Source: a virus
Lineage: Duplodnaviria > Heunggongvirae > Uroviricota > Caudoviricetes
Virus record (IMG/VR): IMGVR_UViG_2526164631_000022
Span: 1-6,088 of that record
DNA: 6,088 bases
Direction: 5' to 3' (one strand)
Shown: in pieces, positions 1 through 6,088 of the stretch
Numbering within the stretch: position 1 is the stretch's first letter
Layout: every line of letters starts with the position of its first letter
Notes under the pieces: model-generated
The model's database searches: none
The model's input: only the letters and a program-made list of their open reading frames with translations
Told to the model about the DNA's origin: nothing
Made by a program: the position numbers and the translations under genes

Positions 1-1616
1 CGCCCGATGGAGGATGTACTGGCCGACCTTTATAAAGCCACCCGCAAATACGGGGAAGTTGACCGGGTATCGTTCTTTAAGGATATTGCCGGAGAAGAGG
101 CTTTCACATCATTTATGGCCCTCGTTGATGCGGCAGGTGACGGCTCCTTACCCAAACTGAGAAAAGAACTTGAAGGCGCGCGCGGTGAGGCTGAACGCAC
201 AGCAAAGGTTATGGCCAACAACCTTGACGGCGATCTGAAATCACTCGGCAGTGCATGGGAAGGGGTGCGCATCCGCATTGCAGATCTGATTGACGGTCCG
301 CAGCGTTCTGTCACGCAGTGGCTCACGCGGGTGGTATCGAAGGTGACGGCGCTGGCGCAGGCCCATCCGGCACTGACGCGCCAGCTACTGGTTGCAGGCG
401 GTGCTCTGCTGGCAATGACTGCAACCATAGGCTCGTTGTCGCTGGCTATTGGTGTGCTTGCTGGCCCACTGGCAAAACTGCGTCTTGGTTTTTCCCTCCT
501 GACCGGATCATTGAATGTTGTCAGGGTTCTGCCTGCATTATGGGGAATGGTGACGGGTTCCATTTCGTTACTGGGAGGCGCTATCGGGGCGCTGTTCAGT
601 CCGGTCGGATTGATTGCTGCTGCGTTTGTGGCTGCGGCGGTTCTCATCTGGAAATACTGGGAACCCATCAAGGCGTTTTATGCAGGGGTGTTCAGTGGGA
701 TTATGGAGCGGCTGGCTCCGTTGCGCGAAACCTTTGAACGGTTTGGCCCTGTTTTTGACGCAATCGGAAGCGGGATCAGCCAGGTGTTTAACTGGTTTAA
801 ATCGCTGCTGTCACCGATGGAGTCCAGCAAGGAAACGCTGGATAAATGTACCAGTGCTGGCGAGATATTCGGTAACGTTCTTGGCGGTGCGTTACAGCTT
901 GTTCTGACACCTGCAAAAATGCTACTGGATACGCTGGCGTGGATACTTGAAAACTTGGCGTCCTTCCGGATGAAGCGGAAAGGGCGCGCAAGAAATCGAA
1001 GACGCACAGCGTGCGGCCATTCTTCAGGACAAGGTTGCCTTGCTTCAGGGGGACCTGGCGAAAATCAATCCGCCGAAGCCTGTGGAAAATGGCAATGGCA
1101 CCGGAGGTGATAAACCCAAAGACAACAAACCACTCACAGACAGCAATACCGGTACGCTACGCAGACTCAGCAAAATTGCTGATAACACAGGTAAGCTGGT
1201 TGATGAGCGAAAAACGCATTGGCCCCGGTGATATTGTCTTTAAGAACCTGCCCCGCGCACTTGCTGTTCGTGGGGAGTGGCAGGAGCGGAAGATTGCGCA
1301 GGTCAGTAAGCCTGCCCCCGCAATTACTATCACACCCGTGGTTCCGGCTCCGCTGCCTCCGGCGCTGGTCCCTGTTGTTGCGGCCAGCTCCCGCCCGGTG
1401 GCGGAGGCTATACGATCGCCAGTGGCATCAGTTCCTGCAAATTCCCGTAACCGGGAGCCTGTTGCCTCCGGATTTGGCGGTGAAATTCATGTTCATCTGC
1501 ATAACGTTGTTACACAGAATCCCCGCGGACTGGCGAAACTGGTCGGTGAAATGGTCAGGGCAGAAATGGAACGGCGCGCCCGTGCCGGACGTGGCAGTTT
1601 TTACGATAAAGATTGA
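1..1616 (+). pseudogene. Phage tail tape-measure protein (P2 gpT-like), 5'-partial (enters from upstream of window); reading frame broken at least twice near ~965-995 and ~1210-1220
   Basis: Frame 1 (1..~970) translates to a typical tape-measure sequence with long Gly/Ala/Leu-rich hydrophobic stretches (e.g. LLVAGGALLAMTATIGSLSLAIGVLAGPLAKL). Plausible protein sequence then continues in frame 2 (~974..1228, ...EIEDAQRAAILQDKVALLQGDLAKINPPKP...) and again in frame 0 (~1216..1616, ...IGPGDIVFKNLPRALAVRGEW...RGSFYDKD*). The frame-1 continuation past ~970 is Arg-rich and looks out of frame. The breaks coincide with short homopolymers (TTCC ~964, AAA ~993, A5 at 1210-1214). This is either a genuine pseudogene or homopolymer sequencing errors; the sequence alone cannot decide. 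Confidence 0.55.
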
Positions 1617-1622
1617 GGAGTC

Positions 1623-2117
1623 ATGGCCATGATGATGATCTACGGCATGTTTGTTTTTGAGCTGCGCACATTGCCGCATCAGCAGTTACAGCAAAACAAA
1701 AGCTGGCGGCATGTGAAAAATGAACGCGTAAACCGCTCAGCAAGCTGGCAGTATATCGGCGCAGGTGATGATCGCATCGTGCTTTCCGGCGTGCTTTATC
1801 CTGAAATTACAGGTGGCGAAGTGTCGCTTTCGTTGCTGACCACGCAGGCATATACAGGACGCCCCTGGCCTCTGATTGATGGTGTCGGGCAGATTTACGG
1901 CATGTATGTACTGACTGAAACGAATACGACCCGTTCGAGTTTGATCGCTACGGCAAGGCGAAAAAAGATAGAGTTTTCACTGACTCTTGAACGCTGCGAT
2001 GAGGATTTGCGGGAACGCCTGCAATCCTCATCGTTCAGTGATATGCTGTCCGGCTTCAAAGATAAGGTCACATCATCCCTTAACAGCGCGGCCAGCTCCG
2101 TTAAAGGGCTGTTCTGA
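1623..2117 (+). CDS. Phage tail protein, P2 gpU-like
   Basis: 164-aa ORF directly after the tape-measure stop, with GAGGAG at 1615-1620 upstream. ATG at 1623, 1629, 1632 and 1635 are all possible starts. The sequence (MMIYGMFVFELRTLP...SASWQYIGAGDDRIVLSGVLYPEITGG...PWPLIDG.GQIYGMYV) fits my recollection of the P2 gpU family. T-then-U gene order matches P2-like tail operons. Confidence 0.7.
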   Translation: MAMMMIYGMFVFELRTLPHQQLQQNKSWRHVKNERVNRSASWQYIGAGDDRIVLSGVLYPEITGGEVSLSLLTTQAYTGRPWPLIDGVGQIYGMYVLTETNTTRSSLIATARRKKIEFSLTLERCDEDLRERLQSSSFSDMLSGFKDKVTSSLNSAASSVKGLF

Positions 2118-2126
2118 TTTAACACA

Positions 2127-2159
2127 AAAACCGCTAATGGCCAGATTAGCGGTTATTTT
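2127..2159. terminator. Bidirectional rho-independent terminator between convergent gpU-like gene and invertase gene
   Basis: Perfect 10-bp stem aaccgctaat (2129-2138) / attagcggtt (2145-2154) with 6-nt loop ggccag. It is followed on the + strand by ATTTTGTTT and on the - strand by TTTTTGTGTT. The invertase stop codon (2146-2148) lies in the stem. Confidence 0.55.
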
Positions 2160-2736
2160 GTTTACTCTTCTCAATTGTTCCACTTGATTCTCCTGCGGGG
2201 TGGTAACGATAAATTGTCGATATACCAATGCTGTAAATTATTGCCAGTTGTTTTCTGTCGTGACCGTTTTTAATCAGCCTTGCTATTTGCTCATGCTGTT
2301 CTTTTGTCAGCTTCGGTCGACGTCCGCCTGTGCGCCCCCGTGCGCGCGCTGCCGCCAGTCCGGCCAGTGTACGTTCAACAATTAATTCACGTTCCATTTC
2401 AGCCAGGGCACCCATCACGTGGAGAAAAAACGACCCCATTGGAGAAGATGTATCTATGCTGTCGGTCAGACTGCGAAAATTAATCCCTCGCTCCCGTAGT
2501 TCCCCGACGAGAGAAATCAGATGTTTCATGCTTCGCCCGAGGCGATCCAGTTTCCAGACAACCAGCGTGTCACCTTTTTGAAGCTGCTTTAAAGCGCGTT
2601 TTAATCCCGGTCGGTCTGTCTTTGTTCCGCTTAATTTATCTTCAAATATCTGTTCACATCCTGCACAAACAAGAGCGTTTCGTTGCAGGTCTGTATTCTG
2701 GTCATTTGTTGATACCCTTACATAACCAATCAGCAC
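2146..2736 (-). CDS. pin: Site-specific DNA invertase, serine recombinase of the Gin/Pin/Cin/Hin family
   Basis: Translation MLIGYVRVSTNDQNTDLQRNALVCAGCEQIFEDKLSG...DTLVVWKLDRLGRSMKHLISLVGELRERGINFRSLTDSIDTSSPMG...ALAEMERELIVERT... has the YVRVSTNDQ catalytic-serine motif and a C-terminal helix-turn-helix (KQLAIIYSIGISTIYRY). Preferred start is GTG at 2734-2736 with GGGAG 7 nt upstream, giving the canonical MLIGYVRVS N-terminus. The ORF track's TTG start at 2754 adds 6 non-conserved residues and is probably not used. Confidence 0.9.
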   Translation of the reverse strand: MLIGYVRVSTNDQNTDLQRNALVCAGCEQIFEDKLSGTKTDRPGLKRALKQLQKGDTLVVWKLDRLGRSMKHLISLVGELRERGINFRSLTDSIDTSSPMGSFFLHVMGALAEMERELIVERTLAGLAAARARGRTGGRRPKLTKEQHEQIARLIKNGHDRKQLAIIYSIGISTIYRYHPAGESSGTIEKSKQNNR

Positions 2737-2790
2737 ACTGAATCTCCCGTCCAAAAGCGCAAATCATGCCATGCAGGCCAGAAACGGCCA

Positions 2791-2816
2791 TTATCTAAAA
2801 CCTCGGTTTACAGGAA
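2791..2816. repeat. Left crossover site for the invertase (gix/pix/cix-like, 26 bp: TTATCTAAAACC-TC-GGTTTACAGGAA)
   Basis: Two imperfect 12-bp inverted half-sites flank a central TC dinucleotide, matching remembered gix/hix architecture. 24 bp (2801-2824) are identical to the reverse complement of 5710-5733. Located about 55 bp upstream of the invertase start. Confidence 0.8.
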
Positions 2817-3761
2817 ACGGTAAATCAGGCTTCTGGCGCATTACAGAAAAACCAGAACGGCGCAGATATTCCGGGAAAAGATATCTTCACCAAAAATATT
2901 GGTGCCTGCCGCGCATATAGCTCATGGGTGGATATTGGTGGCGATAGTCAGGTCTGGACAACCGCGCAATTTATTTCGTGGCTGGAGAGTCAGGGAGCAT
3001 TTAACCATCCTTACTGGATGTGCAAAGGCTCATGGGCTTATGCAAATAATAAGGTCATTACAGATACAGGTTGCGGAAATATTTGTCTTGCAGGTGCTGT
3101 GGTGGAAGTTATTGGCACTCGCGGCGCAATGACCATACGCGTTACTACGCCGAGCATGTCCAGCGGTGGCGGAATTACTAACGCTCAATTCACTTATATT
3201 AATCATGGTGATGCTTATGCTCCTGGCTGGCGAAGAGACTACAACACGAAAAACCAGCAGCCTGCATTTGCTTTAGGGCAAACAGGAAGCAGGGTTGCAA
3301 ATGATAAAGCTGTTGGCTGGAACTGGAATAGCGGCGTTTATGATGCAGATATCAGTGGCGCATCGACATTAATCCTCCACTTCAATATGAATGCGGGGAG
3401 TTGCCCTGCTGTACAGTTCCGCGTGAATTATAAGAACGGCGGTATCTTTTATCGTTCAGCGCGTGATGGTTATGGCTTTGAAGCTGACTGGTCAGAGTTT
3501 TACACCACAACCCGCAAACCCTCTGCGGGGGATGTTGGTGCATATACGCAGGCAGAATGTAACTCAAGGTTTATTACAGGTATTCGCCTGGGCGGTCTGT
3601 CATCTGTTCAGACATGGAATGGTCCCGGCTGGTCTGACAGGTCAGGTTATGTCGTTACGGGTTCAGTTAACGGAAACCGTGATGAATTAATTGATACAAC
3701 TCAGGCAAGGCCAATTCAGTATTGCATTAATGGAAGGTGGTATAACGCGGGGAGTATTTAA
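2799..3761 (+). CDS. Alternative tail-fibre C-terminal (receptor-binding) cassette, currently in the unexpressed orientation; no own start codon, frame open from 2799
   Basis: The frame is open from just after TAA at 2796-2798 and reads NLGLQETVNQASGALQKNQNGADIPGKD...VDIGGDSQVW...RPIQYCINGRWYNAGSI*. The ORF track's 2928 start is only the first GTG in this frame. Its first ~9 residues are encoded by the crossover site and match the LGLQETVN encoded at the right site. The C-terminal ...INGRWYN motif parallels the other fibre ORF. Confidence 0.75.
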   Translation, partial: NLGLQETVNQASGALQKNQNGADIPGKDIFTKNIGACRAYSSWVDIGGDSQVWTTAQFISWLESQGAFNHPYWMCKGSWAYANNKVITDTGCGNICLAGAVVEVIGTRGAMTIRVTTPSMSSGGGITNAQFTYINHGDAYAPGWRRDYNTKNQQPAFALGQTGSRVANDKAVGWNWNSGVYDADISGASTLILHFNMNAGSCPAVQFRVNYKNGGIFYRSARDGYGFEADWSEFYTTTRKPSAGDVGAYTQAECNSRFITGIRLGGLSSVQTWNGPGWSDRSGYVVTGSVNGNRDELIDTTQARPIQYCINGRWYNAGSI

Positions 3762-3763
3762 TT

Positions 3764-4297
3764 ATGATGCACTTAAAAAACATTACTGCTGGCAACCCTA
3801 AAACAAAAGAGCAATACCAGCTAACGAAACAATTTAACATCAAATGGCTTTATTCAGATGATGGAAAAAACTGGTATGAGGAACAAAAGAACTTTCAGCC
3901 TGATACGTTGAAAATGGTCTATGACCGTAACGGCGTTATTATTTGTATTGAAAAGGATGTTTCAGCAATTAATCCAGAAGGCGCAAGCGTCGTTGAATTA
4001 CCTGATATTACAGCAAATCGCCGGGCTGATATTTCGGGTAAATGGATGTTCAAAGATGGCGTAGTGATAAAGCGAACTTATACCGGGGAAGAGCAGAGGC
4101 AGCAGGCAGAGAATGAAAAGCAAAGCCTGTTGCAACTTGTCAGGGATAAAACCCAGTTATGGGACTCACAGCTACGGCTGGGCATCATTTCCGACGAGAG
4201 TAAACAAAAATTAACAGAGTGGATACTCTTTGCGCAGAAAGTCGAATCTACAGACACTTCCAGCCTGCCAGTAACATTTCCCGAACAACCTGAATGA
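3764..4297 (+). CDS. Tail-fibre assembly chaperone (Tfa / Mu U / P2 gpG family), partner of the 2799..3761 cassette
   Basis: 177 aa, ATG 2 nt after the cassette stop, GGGGAG upstream. N-terminus [22 protein letters not shown]...DDGKNWYEE is shared with the second chaperone and is typical of Tfa proteins. ...[18 protein letters not shown]... is also shared. Confidence 0.85.
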   Translation: MMHLKNITAGNPKTKEQYQLTKQFNIKWLYSDDGKNWYEEQKNFQPDTLKMVYDRNGVIICIEKDVSAINPEGASVVELPDITANRRADISGKWMFKDGVVIKRTYTGEEQRQQAENEKQSLLQLVRDKTQLWDSQLRLGIISDESKQKLTEWILFAQKVESTDTSSLPVTFPEQPE

Positions 4298-4300
4298 GAC

Positions 4301-4329
4301 AAGGCCCGATAGCGGGCCTTAATTTTTAT
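4301..4329. terminator. Hairpin plus T-tract between the two convergent chaperone genes (probable terminator)
   Basis: Perfect 8-bp stem aaggcccg (4301-4308) / cgggcctt (4313-4320) with loop atag, followed by AATTTTTATT on the + strand. It sits at the centre of the invertible segment, so it is positioned the same way in either orientation. Confidence 0.45.
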
Positions 4330-4853
4330 TCAGGCTTTTGTGGCCATTCAGGATTTGCCGTATCCACACGGCTGACCAGAACACTGTAGCGTTCCCATGC
4401 TTCCAGTCGTGTGCGCTCCTCGTCTGTTGCCATATTCAGCCTGGCAGCGCGTTCCAGTGGCTGGATGACTGATTCAGTTTCGGAAAGCAATGCGGCCTTT
4501 TGTGATTCGGCCTGTTGTTGCTGTTCGTCTGCTGTATAAATCCGCTTAACCACAGTTCCGTCCTTAAACATCCACTTCCCTGAATCATCGGCACGACGAT
4601 TGACTGTTATATCTGGAATCTCAACGACACTAAAGCCTTCGGGATTAAGCGTTGAGGCATCTTTGGTTATGGCAACAATAATATTATTTTCGTCGTAAAC
4701 AATCTTTATGGTGTCTTCCTGAAAGCTATTTACTTCCTCATACCAGTTTTTACCGTCTTCTGTATATAACCAGATAACATCAAAATTCTTTGTTAGCTGA
4801 TATTGCTCTTTTGTTTTTGGATTTCCTGACTTAATATTTTTTAAATGCTGCAT
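4326..4853 (-). CDS. Tail-fibre assembly chaperone (Tfa family, lambda-Tfa-like C-terminus), partner of the currently expressed fibre tip
   Basis: 175 aa, ATG 3 nt after the fibre stop with AGGTG upstream. N-terminus [22 protein letters not shown]...EDGKNWYEE. The C-terminus ...[27 protein letters not shown] resembles the lambda Tfa C-terminus as I remember it. Confidence 0.85.
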   Translation of the reverse strand: MQHLKNIKSGNPKTKEQYQLTKNFDVIWLYTEDGKNWYEEVNSFQEDTIKIVYDENNIIVAITKDASTLNPEGFSVVEIPDITVNRRADDSGKWMFKDGTVVKRIYTADEQQQQAESQKAALLSETESVIQPLERAARLNMATDEERTRLEAWERYSVLVSRVDTANPEWPQKPE

Positions 4854-4856
4854 AAT

Positions 4857-6020
4857 TTACACCTGTGCTACGTTATACCATGTGCCATTGATGTATTTTT
4901 GTATTGGTCTGAAGATGGCTTCATCATCGCCATCTACTTCACCAATGATTCTTAATCCGGTAATTGCGTGTCCGGCTTTTTCATAACGACCACCACGCGC
5001 CATCAATTGAACAACTCGCGTACCCAGGCGAACATCTTTTACATAGCGTGAATCAAAATTCCCCCAGTTGCTGGGCTGTATCTGACCGTTAACAGAAAAT
5101 ATTACCGAGTTATCTGTATTTCGCTGGCTATAGAAATGCCATCCTGCCTCATCGCCTAACTCTGCAACTACTGGACGGGTTGAAGCACCCCATAAATTAA
5201 ACGTTACATTCTTTGTGGAGGTGTTGGAGCTGGATAGCGAGATTTTTTTACTATCACCTGCCTGAATGTTTTTAAAAGCAATAGCAACTCCATTCTGAAA
5301 GCGGAATACTCGCTGACTATTAGCGTAAACATCAAGAATACCGTCTCCATTCTGTTTAAATCCGGTATCATTATCACCAAGAACAATAGAGCTACCACCT
5401 AACGCATTCGTCGTACCAACTCCAAGGCTGCCATTAATGACGGCATTAACAAGAATATTTAGTGCATCCCATTTCAGCGTCATCAGGTCTTTTGTTGTGG
5501 TGCTTTGTTTGCTTCTCCATTTGAAATATTCATTGCCGTTGTCGCCTGTTTCAAACCACATGTATGAATCAGTATCGCTGTCGGCATCATTTTTAAATCC
5601 AATCTTCGCCCAGTCAGTATTTCGAATCCAGGCAAGGATTGAGTCGTTTTCAAAAGTAAGCCCACCGGACAAGGTATCGCCATTCTTTTGCACGGCGTTC
5701 CTGGCCCTGTTTACCGTTTCCTGTAAACCGAGGTATTCGATAACAGCGGCAACGGTCGATTTCGCAAGAATATCCCGCCCGACTTTTGTCAGGGTTGCCA
5801 GGCTGGCGACATCATTCCCCGTAAAATACGGAAACTTGTCTGCCGCAGTAGCAAGCCCGGCCAGCGCCGTCAGGGTGGCATCTTTCGGTTGCTTACCCGC
5901 AAGCGCTTTAGTCATGGTGGTCGCAAAATTCGGGTCGTTTCCCAGCGCCGCCGCTAACTCGTTCAACGTATTCAGTGCGTCAGGCGACGAGTCTACAAGT
6001 GCGGCAATCGCGGCCATCAC
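4857..6020 (-). CDS. Tail-fibre protein, currently assembled form: constant N-terminal ~96 aa (6020..5733, outside the segment) fused to variable C-terminus (5729..4857, inside the segment)
   Basis: 387-aa ORF. The start is GTG at 6018-6020 or, more likely, ATG at 6015-6017, which overlaps the upstream gene's TGA (ATGTGATGG on the - strand). The ORF spans the right crossover site in frame. Gly/Asn/Ser/Thr-rich fibre-like body ends ...RPIQKYINGTWYNVAQV*. An in-frame stop at 6066-6068 means it cannot extend further upstream. Confidence 0.85.
   Translation of the reverse strand: MMAAIAALVDSSPDALNTLNELAAALGNDPNFATTMTKALAGKQPKDATLTALAGLATAADKFPYFTGNDVASLATLTKVGRDILAKSTVAAVIEYLGLQETVNRARNAVQKNGDTLSGGLTFENDSILAWIRNTDWAKIGFKNDADSDTDSYMWFETGDNGNEYFKWRSKQSTTTKDLMTLKWDALNILVNAVINGSLGVGTTNALGGSSIVLGDNDTGFKQNGDGILDVYANSQRVFRFQNGVAIAFKNIQAGDSKKISLSSSNTSTKNVTFNLWGASTRPVVAELGDEAGWHFYSQRNTDNSVIFSVNGQIQPSNWGNFDSRYVKDVRLGTRVVQLMARGGRYEKAGHAITGLRIIGEVDGDDEAIFRPIQKYINGTWYNVAQV
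5718..5743. repeat. Right crossover site for the invertase, in inverted orientation (TTCCTGTAAACC-GA-GGTATTCGATAA)
   Basis: Its reverse complement TTATCGAATACC-TC-GGTTTACAGGAA differs from the left site at only 2 positions of the outer half-site. It lies inside the - strand tail-fibre ORF, where it encodes ..IEYLGLQETVN... Confidence 0.8.
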
Positions 6021-6088
6021 ATAAGCCGTGCTTGCGATCTGAGTATTATTAGTCCCTTTTTGGCGTCAGTTGGCGTTGTTGGCGTTCG
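6017..6088 (-). CDS. 3' end of an upstream tail/baseplate-module gene (partial, continues beyond window), translationally coupled to the tail-fibre gene
   Basis: Open frame on the - strand from the window edge ends ...RTPTTPTDAKKGLIILRSQARLM* with TGA at 6017-6019, overlapping the fibre start. Only 23 codons are visible, so the product cannot be identified. Confidence 0.35.
   Translation of the reverse strand, partial: RTPTTPTDAKKGLIILRSQARLM

Larger units (their letters stand above)
2791..5743. other. Invertible DNA segment (analogous to Mu G / P1 C / e14 P segments), about 2.93 kb core to core (2803..5731)
   Basis: Bounded by the two inverted crossover sites. Contains two tail-fibre C-terminal cassettes and two tail-fibre assembly genes arranged tail-to-tail. 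A cognate invertase gene is immediately adjacent. Confidence 0.8.

Noticed and set aside
30-671. 213-aa ORF on the - strand inside the tape-measure gene
   Set aside because: It is antisense to a long, strongly protein-like frame in a GC-rich region. The translation is Ala/Ser/Arg/Pro-rich low-complexity with no recognisable motif. Typical shadow ORF.
318-907. ORFs 318..737 and 614..907 in alternative + frames within the tape-measure gene
   Set aside because: Cys/Arg/Gly-rich translations typical of out-of-frame reading of a GC-rich gene. They fully overlap the convincing frame-1 tape-measure sequence.
1011-1231. Treating 1011..1616 and 1040..1231 as independent genes downstream of a short tape-measure gene
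   Set aside because: Neither has a convincing start or RBS. Their plausible protein sequence begins mid-ORF exactly where the previous frame becomes implausible, so they read as frame-shifted continuations of one tape-measure gene.
2200-2581. Small + strand ORFs (2200..2385, 2280..2483, 2330..2581) overlapping the invertase gene
   Set aside because: They are antisense to a highly conserved serine recombinase coding sequence; the translations are low-complexity and Arg/Cys/Pro-rich.
2737-2754. TTG start at 2754 for the invertase, as in the ORF track, adding MDGRFSV
   Set aside because: The canonical family N-terminus begins MLIGYVRVS. GTG at 2736 has a well-spaced GGGAG and the extension has no conserved counterpart.
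3382-3690. Short ORFs 3382..3567 (-) and 3463..3690 (+) inside the + strand fibre cassette
   Set aside because: They are embedded in or antisense to the cassette's coding frame and show no independent signals.
2791-5743. Multi-site shufflon (more than two recombination sites, as in plasmid R64)
   Set aside because: Scanning by eye for further copies of the CC-TC-GGTTTACAGG / CCTGTAAACC core found only the two sites. The nearest partial match (GTAAACCG at ~1730) lacks the flanking half-sites. This is a simple two-site inversion switch.
5437-6024. 195-aa + strand ORF overlapping the tail-fibre gene
   Set aside because: It is antisense to the fibre gene, and the translation is hydrophobic and Ser-rich with no motif. 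The fibre frame is supported by the in-frame crossover site, translational coupling and chaperone gene order.
1-6088. tRNA, rRNA, CRISPR array or insertion sequence
   Set aside because: No direct-repeat/spacer periodicity, no cloverleaf-like conserved tRNA elements noticed, and no transposase-like ORF or terminal inverted repeats other than the invertase crossover sites.

Overview
This window is a phage or prophage tail module containing a complete Gin/Pin/Cin-type DNA-inversion switch for the tail-fibre tip. Left to right: the 3' part of a tail tape-measure gene (+ strand, reading frame broken at least twice), a P2 gpU-like tail gene (+), a bidirectional terminator, then a convergent serine DNA invertase (-). 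Next to the invertase is a roughly 2.9-kb invertible segment bounded by inverted gix/pix-like crossover sites at 2791-2816 and 5718-5743. The segment carries two alternative tail-fibre C-terminal cassettes, each followed by its own tail-fibre assembly chaperone, arranged tail-to-tail. The right-hand site lies inside the currently expressed tail-fibre gene (-, 4857..6020), whose first ~96 codons are outside the segment and constant. The left-hand cassette (+, 2799..3761) has no start of its own but is in the correct codon phase to be fused to that constant part after inversion. The layout is that of the Mu G, P1 C and e14 P segments. No tRNA, rRNA, CRISPR or IS element was seen. All homology statements come from reading the translations and from memory of these families; no database search was run.
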